In this document: piece after piece, positions 49,129 through 57,004 of the stretch
Layout: each line of letters begins with the position of its first letter
Numbering within the stretch: the first letter of the stretch is position 1
Assembly (NCBI RefSeq): GCF_000006765.1
Contig: NC_002516.2
From: Pseudomonas aeruginosa PAO1
Lineage (GTDB): Bacteria; Pseudomonadota; Gammaproteobacteria; Pseudomonadales; Pseudomonadaceae
Strand: one strand, 5' to 3'
Length of the DNA stretch: 64,000 nucleotides
Notes under the pieces: generated by a model
What the model saw: only the letters and a program-made list of their open reading frames with translations
The model's database searches: none
What the model was told of the DNA's origin: nothing
Program-made: the position numbers and the translations under genes

Positions 49129-49644
49129 ATGGATCACCTGGTCCTGACCGTGATCGCCACCGACCATCCCGGCCTGGTCGAGCGCATCGCCCAATGCATC
49201 GCCTCCCACGGCGGCAACTGGCTGGAAAGCCGCATGTCGCGGATGGCCGGGCAGTTCGCCGGGATACTGCGGGTGGCCGTGCCGGCGGAAGGCTACGACG
49301 AACTGGTGGAAGGGCTACAGGGCCTGTCCAGCCACGGTATCCGCGTGCTCCTGGCGGAAAGCGGGATCGAGCCGGTATGCAACTGGAAGCCTATCCACCT
49401 CGACCTGGTGGGCAACGACCGCCCCGGTATCGTGCGTGACATCACCCGGCTGCTGGCCGAGCACGGGGTGAACCTGGAGAGCCTGTCCACCGAAGTGCGC
49501 CCGGCGCCGATGAGCAGCGAACCGCTGTTCCATGCCGATGCGCTGCTGGCGGTGCCGCTGACCCTGTCGCTGGACACCCTGCGCGAGCGACTGGAAGACC
49601 TGGCCGACGACCTGATGGTGGAGTTGGTGCTGGACGCGTCCTGA
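49129..49644 (+). CDS. Double-ACT-domain protein (GcvR-like)
   Basis: Two ACT repeats (DHPGLV, DRPGIV); RBS AGGAGG. Confidence 0.85.
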   Translation: MDHLVLTVIATDHPGLVERIAQCIASHGGNWLESRMSRMAGQFAGILRVAVPAEGYDELVEGLQGLSSHGIRVLLAESGIEPVCNWKPIHLDLVGNDRPGIVRDITRLLAEHGVNLESLSTEVRPAPMSSEPLFHADALLAVPLTLSLDTLRERLEDLADDLMVELVLDAS

Positions 49645-49672
49645 AGTTGTTCAGGAAAGCCGGGGACGGGCC

Positions 49673-50331
49673 TGTGGAAAAGCCTTGGGTGAAACCCTGA
49701 AGCCCAGGCGCCGCGAGGCTTGGAGGTCGTAGCGCGTTTTTTGACCAGCTACGTTGCGGTTATTCCCAAACCAGGTGGACCAGCCTGTGGGTATTCTGTG
49801 TGGATAACCTTGCAGGCCTTTATCCATGGGCGATACAAGGGTTTGCTCGTTTTCTGAGCAGCCTCTCTTGCGCTTTTTCTTGTGGATTAACCTTCGCCGC
49901 AGTCATTGCCCCTGTGCACAAATAACGTGGAGCAGTCTGTGGGTAAGCCGGGGAAGAATCCATGCAGGCCTTTATCCATCGGCACTCCAAGTATCCGTAC
50001 GTTTTTTGATCGATGGCTCTTCCGGTTCATCCACAGTTGCTCACAAAAGCCTTGGGCAGCTTTGTGGATAAGCCTTGTGTATATCGCTGTAACCCTTGGT
50101 GAGCATGGCATACAGCGGTATGCTCAAAGACTGAACAGGCGCTTTGCAGGGCCTCTTCCGACCAGTTATCCACGCGCCTGCGGGGAGGAGAAGGCAGGTC
50201 TATGCACAAAGTACGTGCATGAACCTGTGGAAAAGCCTGGGGTGGATCGCTGAGCGTCAGTATTGACAGGGGCTAGGAAGGAGTGCGCGTTTTTTCGCCA
50301 GGCTTGCGGAGTTCCGCAAGCCTGGGGATAA
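49673..50331. promoter_or_regulatory. DnaA-box cluster with interleaved Fis sites (DARS/datA/DBC-like)
   Basis: Perfect TTWTNCACA boxes at 49673, 49799, 50063 and 50226. One-mismatch boxes at 49760, 49881, 49913, 49938, 50027, 50076, 50166, 50200 and 50323. Two-mismatch boxes at 49786, 49820, 49972 and 50037. Confidence 0.85.
50298..50325 (-). terminator. Terminator hairpin of rarD
   Basis: CCAGGCTTGCGGA-GT-TCCGCAAGCCTGG, a 13-bp stem just after the rarD stop; no U-tract follows on the rarD (minus) strand. Confidence 0.6.
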
Positions 50332-50333
50332 CG

Positions 50334-51230
50334 TCAGCCCGGTTGCGGCAGGCGGCGCAGGCTGCGCCAGGCGTCGAAGCTGTAGACGGCCAGGGCGAGC
50401 CAGATGAAAGCGAAGGCGGTCAGGCGGCTGGAGTCCAGGTGCTCGCCGAACAGCAGGATCGCCTGTAGCAGGACCAGCGTCGGTGCCAGGTATTGCAGGA
50501 AGCCCAGAGTGGCGTAGGGCAGGTGCCTTGCCGCAGCGTTGAAGCAGACCAGCGGAACCAGCGTCACCGGGCCCGCGGCGACCACCCACAGGGCTTCCGG
50601 GGTGCTCCAGAAAGCCGTTTCGCTGGTCGGCCCGTCGGCGAAAAACAGCAACCAGACCAGCGCCAGCGGCAGCAGCAGCCAGGTTTCCACCACCAGTCCG
50701 GGCAGCGCGGCGACCGGCGCCTTTTTGCGGATCAGGCCGTAGAAGCCGAAGGTCAGGGCCAGCACCAGCGACACCCAGGGCAGGCTGCCGAGTTGCCAGA
50801 CCTGCTGCGCCACGCCCAGCGAAGCCAGGGCCACCGCCAGCCATTGCAGGGGACGCAGGCGTTCCTTGAGCAGCAACATGCCGAGCATCACGTTGATCAG
50901 CGGATTGATGTAGTAGCCCAGGCTGGCTTCCAGCATGTGGCCGTTGTTCACCGCCCAGACATAGGTCATCCAGTTGCTGGCGATCAGCAGTCCGCTGGCG
51001 GCCAGCACGACGAAGCGCTGCGGATTCTGGCGCAGCTCGCGCCACCAGCCCGGGTGTTTCCAGAACAGCAGCAGGACGGCGCCGAACAGGGCCGACCAGA
51101 CCGCGCGCTGGACGATGATTTCCACCGCGGGAATGCGTTCGAGCAGTTTGAAGTAGAGCGGGAACAGCCCCCAGATCACATAAGCCGTCAGGCCGAGGAC
51201 ATAGCCCCGACGGAGGTTGGCGGTCGCCAT
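50334..51230 (-). CDS. rarD: EamA-family transporter RarD
   Basis: AYVIWGLFPLYF, ASLGYYINPL and LGFLQYLAP motifs. Confidence 0.92.
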   Translation of the reverse strand: MATANLRRGYVLGLTAYVIWGLFPLYFKLLERIPAVEIIVQRAVWSALFGAVLLLFWKHPGWWRELRQNPQRFVVLAASGLLIASNWMTYVWAVNNGHMLEASLGYYINPLINVMLGMLLLKERLRPLQWLAVALASLGVAQQVWQLGSLPWVSLVLALTFGFYGLIRKKAPVAALPGLVVETWLLLPLALVWLLFFADGPTSETAFWSTPEALWVVAAGPVTLVPLVCFNAAARHLPYATLGFLQYLAPTLVLLQAILLFGEHLDSSRLTAFAFIWLALAVYSFDAWRSLRRLPQPG

Positions 51231-51431
51231 GGAGAATCCTTGAAACGTCAGGCAGGTAAGAATGGCCGTGCACGGCATGCACGCGCGGATGACCTGTGAA
51301 TTCTAGTAGGGGGTGACGGGGTTGTCTGCGCACAGTTCCCGCGGAAAAGCACCGGCACACTTGCCGTTCCCTCGCCTGCCCCGAGGCGGGACGGATAGCG
51401 CCGCGCGCCATTCGCCCTGTCCGCAGGAGGC

Positions 51432-52406
51432 TCAGAACAGCCGCAGCGGTTCCTCGTCCAGCGCCGCCAGTTGTTCGCGCAGCACCAGCACCTGCTCGCC
51501 CCAGTAACGTTCGCTGCCGAACCAGGGGAAGCTCGGCGGGAACGCCGGGTCGTCCCAGCGCCGCGCGAGCCAGGCGCTGTAGTGCATCAGGCGGAGGCTG
51601 CGCAGGCCTTCGAGCAGCGGTAGCTGGCGCGGGTCGAAGTCGTGGAACTCGTTGTAGCCGTCGACCAGTTCGGCAATCTGCGCCAGGCGTTCGTGGCGCT
51701 CGCCGGCGAGCATCATCCACAGGTCCTGGAGGGCCGGGCCCATGCGGCAGTCGTCGAGATCGACCATGTGGTAGACATCGTCGCGGCACAGCAGGTTGCC
51801 TGGATGGCAGTCGCCGTGCAGGCGGATCGGCTGGTAGGGCACCTCGGCGAACAGGGCGTCGAGGCGTTTCAGCAGGTCGCGGGCGACCGACTCGTAGGCC
51901 GGCAGCAGGCTCCTGGGGATGAAATTGCCTTCCAGCAGGGTGGCCAGCGAGGCGTGGCCGAAGTTATCCACAGCGAGCGCCTCGCGGTGCTCGAACGGCC
52001 GCGTGGCGCCGACCGCGTGCAGGCGGCCGAGCAACTGGCCGAGGCGGTAGAGCTGGTCGAGATTGCCCGGCTCGGGCGCGCGCCCGCCGCGCCGGGGGAA
52101 CAGGGCGAAGCGGAAGCCGGAGAATGCGAACAGGCTTTCGCCGTCGCGCGACAGCGGCGCCACCACCGGCACCTCGCATTCCGCCAGCTCGGCGGAGAAG
52201 GCGTGCTCCTCGCGGATCGCCGCGTCGCTCCAGCGGTCCGGTCGGTAGAACTTGGCGATCAGCGGCTCGCCGTCCTCGATGCCGACCTGGTACACGCGGT
52301 TTTCGTAGCTGTTGAGCGCCAGCACCCGTGCGTCGCTGAGATAGCCGAGGCTTTCCACGGCATCCAGGACGAGGTCGGGGGTCAGTTGGTCGAAGGGATG
52401 GGACAT
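51432..52406 (-). CDS. srkA: Ser/Thr kinase SrkA (RdoA/YihE)
   Basis: LNSYENRVYQ, KFYRPDRWS, LHGDCHPGN and DLDDC motifs. Confidence 0.93.
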   Translation of the reverse strand: MSHPFDQLTPDLVLDAVESLGYLSDARVLALNSYENRVYQVGIEDGEPLIAKFYRPDRWSDAAIREEHAFSAELAECEVPVVAPLSRDGESLFAFSGFRFALFPRRGGRAPEPGNLDQLYRLGQLLGRLHAVGATRPFEHREALAVDNFGHASLATLLEGNFIPRSLLPAYESVARDLLKRLDALFAEVPYQPIRLHGDCHPGNLLCRDDVYHMVDLDDCRMGPALQDLWMMLAGERHERLAQIAELVDGYNEFHDFDPRQLPLLEGLRSLRLMHYSAWLARRWDDPAFPPSFPWFGSERYWGEQVLVLREQLAALDEEPLRLF

Positions 52407-52467
52407 GACGGGGCATCCAAGGCTCGAAAGACCCCTAGTGTACGCAAGCCGGCGCGGGCCGGCAGGT

Positions 52468-53226
52468 TCACAGCGGCGTGCCGAGCAGGACCTGGGCCGG
52501 ATCGAAGGAGGCGATCACCTTCTGACCCTTCTTCAGCCCCAGGCTGGCCAGGCGTTCGCCGGACAACAGCGCGCAGAGGGTAAGACCGCTGCCCAGGGCG
52601 ATGCGCACCTCGCTGGGACCGGCCTTGGCCGCGAGGATTTCCTCCAGGGTGCCGTGCAACTGGTTCGGCTGGTCCTCGCGCGGTTCCAGCCCGACGTCCA
52701 GCCAGCCGGCCTTGATCAGCGCCAGTACCGGGCGGCCGCGACCGAGTTCGAGTTGCTCGGTGCTGGCGCGGGTGATCAGCGCCTCGATGCGTTGCTGGCC
52801 TGGCAGCTCGATGGCGATGCGGTCGTGGAAGCCTTCGCCATGGATCGACAGGACCCGCCCGTGCAATTGGTTGCGTGCGCTGGTGCGGAGCATCAGGCGG
52901 CCGATCAGGTTGAGGTCCTCGGCGTCTTCCGCGGCCTGCAACACCTGCGCTTGCAAGGCTTCCAGGCGCCGGTAGAGAGCCAGCAGGCGTTCGCCCTCGG
53001 CGGTCAGCCGGGCGCCGCCGCCGCCCTTGCCGCCGACGCTACGCTCGACCAGCGGACGCTCGGCCAGGTTGTTCAGTTCGTCGATGGCGTCCCAGGCGCC
53101 CTTGTAGCTGATGCCCACGGCCTTCGCCGCACGGGTGATGGAGCCCAGTTCGGCGATCTGCGCGAGCAGGGCGATGCGTTGCGGGCGACGGGTGACGTGC
53201 TGGGCGAGAGTGGAGAGTGCGGACAT
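52468..53226 (-). CDS. modE: Molybdate-responsive regulator ModE
   Basis: GSITRAAKAVGISYKGAWDAI helix-turn-helix; TSARNQL and two TOBE domains. Confidence 0.92.
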   Translation of the reverse strand: MSALSTLAQHVTRRPQRIALLAQIAELGSITRAAKAVGISYKGAWDAIDELNNLAERPLVERSVGGKGGGGARLTAEGERLLALYRRLEALQAQVLQAAEDAEDLNLIGRLMLRTSARNQLHGRVLSIHGEGFHDRIAIELPGQQRIEALITRASTEQLELGRGRPVLALIKAGWLDVGLEPREDQPNQLHGTLEEILAAKAGPSEVRIALGSGLTLCALLSGERLASLGLKKGQKVIASFDPAQVLLGTPL

Positions 53227-53233
53227 GGAGGCT

Positions 53234-53259
53234 TCGCTATGAGCGGACGTATACGGCGA
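53234..53259. promoter_or_regulatory. Degenerate ModE box upstream of modE
   Basis: TCGCTATGAG-CGGACG-TATACGGCGA versus TCGNTATATA-N6-TATATANCGA. Confidence 0.4.
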
Positions 53260-53293
53260 AGGCTCCAACAGCCATGGGCAAAACGCAAGGGCG

Positions 53294-53614
53294 TCACTCG
53301 GCGGCCTGGTAGAGACCGTAGCCGGCGGCGGCGCCGGCCAGGTCCCAGGCGAGGTCCTTCCAGCTCCAGCCGCTGCCGGCGGAACGGCTGTCGTAGAACT
53401 CCTTGCCGACGCCGAAGGCGAGCGAGAAGCTCAGGCCGAAGCGTGCCTGGCGAGCGCCGCGCAGGCCGCGGTCGTGAGCCATCTGCATGCCCGCCGCGGC
53501 AAGGGCCGCGGAACTGGCGAAATGCAGGGCTTTGTCTTCGCCCAGCCAGTCGTCTTCGGCGAAATGGCTGCAACCGCCGAGCAACAGGCAGGCCGCGACC
53601 AGCAGTGCGCGCAT
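53294..53614 (-). CDS. YfiM-like lipoprotein
   Basis: Lipobox LLGGC; DKALHF and GWSWKDLAWD motifs. Confidence 0.85.
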   Translation of the reverse strand: MRALLVAACLLLGGCSHFAEDDWLGEDKALHFASSAALAAAGMQMAHDRGLRGARQARFGLSFSLAFGVGKEFYDSRSAGSGWSWKDLAWDLAGAAAGYGLYQAAE

Positions 53615-53655
53615 GGATCCTCTCCCGTATCGGTTGCGCGGCAGTTTAGCCCAGC

Positions 53656-54381
53656 TCAGCCGGGCTTCGGCGTGCGCGCCAGGCAGTAGACGTCGACCCG
53701 CGCGGCGCCCGCCCGGCGCAACAGGCGGGAAAGGCGCTCGGCGGTGGCCCCGGTGGTGAGCACGTCGTCCACCAGTGCCAGGTGCAGCCCGCGAACATCG
53801 CTGGCGGGCGCCAGGGCGAAGGCGTGGCGCAGGTTGCGCCGCCGCACCGTCGCGTCCAGTCCCTGCTGGGCCGGAGTATCCAGCACTCGCCGCAGGCTGT
53901 GCGGATCGCAGCGCAGGTCCAGCTCGCCAGCCAGTCGCTCGGCGAGCTGTTGCGCCTGGTTGAAGCCGCGACGACGTTCGCGCCGTGGCGCCAGCGGGAC
54001 CGGCAGCAGGCGTGCCGGGCGCGGCAGGCCTTCGGCGTAGCGTTGCCGCAGGTGTTCCGCCAGCAACTCGCCGAGCAGCCGCCCCAGCGGCCAGGCCGCC
54101 TGGTGCTTGAAGCGGTTGATCAGGCTGTCGAGCGGAAAGGCGTAGCGCCAGGGCGCGATCGCCTGTTCATAGGCCGGCGGGCGGCGCAGGCACTCGCCGC
54201 ACACCTGGCCGTCCAGCGGCAGGGGCAGGGCGCAGCGCCGGCACTGCTGGCGCGACCAGGGCAGGTCGGCGGCACAGGCGCGGCACAGTGGGCGGGGCGG
54301 CTGGTCGCTGCGGGCGGCGCAGAGCAGGCAGGCCGGCGGCGGCAAAAGCCAGCGAGTGAGAGGACGAAGCGGGAACGACAT
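53656..54381 (-). CDS. comF: ComF-family phosphoribosyltransferase-like protein
   Basis: N-terminal CxxC pairs; RGFNQA and LVDDVLTTGAT motifs. Confidence 0.92.
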   Translation of the reverse strand: MSFPLRPLTRWLLPPPACLLCAARSDQPPRPLCRACAADLPWSRQQCRRCALPLPLDGQVCGECLRRPPAYEQAIAPWRYAFPLDSLINRFKHQAAWPLGRLLGELLAEHLRQRYAEGLPRPARLLPVPLAPRRERRRGFNQAQQLAERLAGELDLRCDPHSLRRVLDTPAQQGLDATVRRRNLRHAFALAPASDVRGLHLALVDDVLTTGATAERLSRLLRRAGAARVDVYCLARTPKPG

Positions 54382-54519
54382 GGCGGGACTTCCTGGCGGA
54401 TGTCGCACCATGCAACCGCAGGCGCGCGCCGCCGACCAGCCGTTGCCAGCGGGTTCGGAACTCGCCTGTGGATAACCGAAACCTTCCTTCGCTCCTTGCG
54501 GAAACGGCCGACGCGTGGA

Positions 54520-54813
54520 TCAGTGGATGAGCCAGCTCATGACGATCAGGCCGAGCACCGTCCAGATCACCCCGCCGACTATCGAGCGGCGCATGAAGGC
54601 GCGTATACCGCTGTAGAGCAGCAACAGGCCGAGCACCAGGAAGACGAAGCTGAACAGCGATGCGTCCATGCCGATGGCCCTGGCCAGGCCGTGGAGGAAG
54701 TCGTCCATGGCGTCCCAGATGCCGCCCAGCAGGCCGGAGAGCAGGTCCACCACGAAGCGGATCGCCCTGCCCAGCATCTCGCCCAGTCCGTCGAAAAAGC
54801 CTTCTGTACCCAT
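54520..54813 (-). CDS. Small hypothetical membrane protein
   Basis: 97 aa hydrophobic ORF; RBS-like AGGA upstream. Confidence 0.7.
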   Translation of the reverse strand: MGTEGFFDGLGEMLGRAIRFVVDLLSGLLGGIWDAMDDFLHGLARAIGMDASLFSFVFLVLGLLLLYSGIRAFMRRSIVGGVIWTVLGLIVMSWLIH

Positions 54814-54866
54814 GAGTGTCCTGTCCTGAGTGTTCCCAGCGTTGGATCAGAGATTAGCCGCCGGGT

Positions 54867-55793
54867 TCAGCGCCGGCTGCTGCTTTGCTGCGGAGCGAGG
54901 AACGACTGGCGGAAGTATTCGCGGAACGCGCGCATCCCGGCGCTCGCTTCGGTGTCGCGGCGCCAGGCCAGGCCGACGCTCATCGACGGCACCGGGTCGA
55001 CCAGCGATAGCGTCTCGATGCGTTTGCCTTCCAGCGACCAGGGCCGGTACACCAGGTCGGAGAGGATGGCCACGCCGGAGCCGTTGGCGACCATGCTGCG
55101 CACCGCTTCCACCGAACTGGTATGGAGGATCACCTGTGGCCGGTGGCCGCTCTGTTGCCAGTAGCGCAGCGCGCTCTGCCCGGCCTCGTCGACGGTGAGC
55201 ATGATGTAGGGCTCGCCGGCCACGTCGGCAAGGCCCAGGTCGGCCTTCTCGCCCAGCGGATGGCGGCTGGGCAGCCACAACCGGCGCTCGGAGTTGAACA
55301 GGGTTTCGGCGGCGATCCCGGGCTCGGTGAGATTGCCGGTGAGCAGCACGGCGATGTCGTAGCGACCGTCGAGGAGGCCGCGCTCGATGCTGGCGCGCTC
55401 GTCCTCGAACAGTTGCAGCTCCAGTTCCGGGTACCACTGCGCCAGGCGTTGCAGGTGGTGGGGGAGGAAATAGCCCATCACGGTATAGCTGGCGGCGACC
55501 TTCAGGGTGCCTTCGACCCGGGTGTCCGGTTGCGGGCTGTTGAGCGCGTCGTCGACGCTGCGCTGGATCGAATAGGCGTGGTTGAGGAAGTGCCGGCCGC
55601 TGTCGGTCAGGTTCATGCCCTGGGCCGTGCGGGTGAACAGGGCGACGCCGAGCATGCCCTCCAGTTCCTGGATCGCGCTGGTCACCGCCGACTGCGAGAT
55701 GTTCAGGTGGATGGCGGCCTGGGATATCTGGCCGAACTCGGCGGTGGCGATGAAGTAGCGAACCTGGCGGAGGGTCAGGGCCATGGGGAGCAT
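54867..55793 (-). CDS. LysR-family regulator of the adjacent operon (alternative start 55784)
   Basis: LRQVRYFIATAEFGQISQAAIHLNISQSAVT helix-turn-helix. Confidence 0.9.
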   Translation of the reverse strand: MLPMALTLRQVRYFIATAEFGQISQAAIHLNISQSAVTSAIQELEGMLGVALFTRTAQGMNLTDSGRHFLNHAYSIQRSVDDALNSPQPDTRVEGTLKVAASYTVMGYFLPHHLQRLAQWYPELELQLFEDERASIERGLLDGRYDIAVLLTGNLTEPGIAAETLFNSERRLWLPSRHPLGEKADLGLADVAGEPYIMLTVDEAGQSALRYWQQSGHRPQVILHTSSVEAVRSMVANGSGVAILSDLVYRPWSLEGKRIETLSLVDPVPSMSVGLAWRRDTEASAGMRAFREYFRQSFLAPQQSSSRR

Positions 55794-55805
55794 CCGGAGG
55801 AGGTA

Positions 55806-55818
55806 TCTGTTTTTCAGA
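55806..55818. promoter_or_regulatory. LysR T-N11-A box
   Basis: TCTG-TTTTT-CAGA in the divergent promoter. Confidence 0.55.
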
Positions 55819-55910
55819 AACCAGTCTATCGAATAATAAATCTACCCAATACCTTTTCCGGCTTTTACCGTGGCTCCATCCAACAACAAGACAGATGAGG
55901 CCTGCGGGCA

Positions 55911-56669
55911 ATGACTGAAGTCGACCTCAATTCCGACATGGGCGAAGGCTTCGGCCCATGGACCATCGGCGATGGCGTGGACGCGGCGATCATGCCGCTG
56001 ATCAGCAGCGCCAACATCGCCACCGGTTTCCATGCCGGCGACCCGAGCAGCATGCGCCGCACCGTGGAGATGGCCGCCGAGCATGGCGTGGCCATCGGCG
56101 CCCATCCGGGCTTCCGCGACCTGGTCGGCTTCGGGCGTCGGCACATCGCCGCGCCGGCCATCGAGCTGGTCAACGACATGCTCTACCAGCTTGGCGCACT
56201 GCGCGAATTCGCCCGGCTGCAGGGCCTGTCGCTGCAACACGTCAAGCCCCACGGCGCGCTCTACATGCACCTGGCGCGGGACGAGGTCGCCGCGCGCCTG
56301 TTCGTCGAGACCCTGCAACGCCTGGAACCGGAACTGCTGCTCTATTGCATGCCCGGTTCGGCCACCTGGCGCATCGGCCGGGAACTGGGCCAGCCGCTGG
56401 TGCGCGAGTTCTACGCCGACCGCGACTACGACCGCAGCGGCTCCATCGTCTTCACCCGGCGGGTCGCCGCCCTCGATCCGCAGCAGGTCGCCGACAAGGT
56501 CCTGCGCGCCTGCCGCGAGGGCAAGGTGCGCACCGTCGAGGGCGAGGACCTCGACATCGCCTTCGACTCGGTGTGCATCCACAGCGATACCCCCGGTGCC
56601 CTGGAGCTGGTCGCCAGCACCCGTGCGCGCCTGGAGGGCGCCGGCATCCGCATCAAGGCGCCGCGTTGA
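55911..56669 (+). CDS. LamB/YcsF (PxpA-like) protein
   Basis: [35 protein letters not shown] and VCIHSD motifs. Confidence 0.92.
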   Translation: MTEVDLNSDMGEGFGPWTIGDGVDAAIMPLISSANIATGFHAGDPSSMRRTVEMAAEHGVAIGAHPGFRDLVGFGRRHIAAPAIELVNDMLYQLGALREFARLQGLSLQHVKPHGALYMHLARDEVAARLFVETLQRLEPELLLYCMPGSATWRIGRELGQPLVREFYADRDYDRSGSIVFTRRVAALDPQQVADKVLRACREGKVRTVEGEDLDIAFDSVCIHSDTPGALELVASTRARLEGAGIRIKAPR

Positions 56670-56745
56670 GCGCCGCTCGCCTCGGCGAGCCTCGCGACAA
56701 GCTTTTCTGCCATTTCCTACAACGTTCGAATAATGAGGATTCGTC

Positions 56746-56994
56746 ATGGCCGAACATAACGTGCAGTCCCCCTTGCCCGGCACCTTCTATCGCAAGGCCA
56801 GCCCCGACGCGCCGCCCTACGCGGAGGTCGGGCAGGCGGTCGAGGCCGGCAGCGTGATCGGGCTGATCGAGGTGATGAAGCAGTTTTCCGAAGTGCAGGC
56901 CGGGCAGGCCGGCATACTCCAGGCGTTCCACGTGGAAGATGGCGAGGCCATCGAGCCGGGCCAGGTGCTGGCGGTGATCGCCAGCGCTACCTGA
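56746..56994 (+). CDS. Stand-alone biotin carboxyl carrier protein (biotinyl domain only)
   Basis: SPLPGTFY and IEVMKQF (biotinylated Lys in an MKQ motif); 82 aa. Confidence 0.88.
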   Translation: MAEHNVQSPLPGTFYRKASPDAPPYAEVGQAVEAGSVIGLIEVMKQFSEVQAGQAGILQAFHVEDGEAIEPGQVLAVIASAT

Positions 56995-57004
56995 GGAGGA
57001 TGCC

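Noticed and set aside
49997-50011. IHF site within the DnaA cluster
   Set aside because: The best candidate has about 3 mismatches to WATCAANNNNTTR, while the same bases fit the Fis consensus exactly.
49826-50253. Short ORFs in the DnaA-box region (49826-50071, 49887-50111, 49906-50253, 50027-50209)
   Set aside because: No RBS or family signal, and atypical codons; the sequence is better explained by binding sites.
49645-50333. DnaA-box cluster as the chromosomal origin or an integrated plasmid origin
   Set aside because: No dnaA/dnaN/rpmH/gidA or rep/par genes nearby, no clear AT-rich unwinding element or iterons, and the flanks are ordinary core genes. An ARS assay would settle it.
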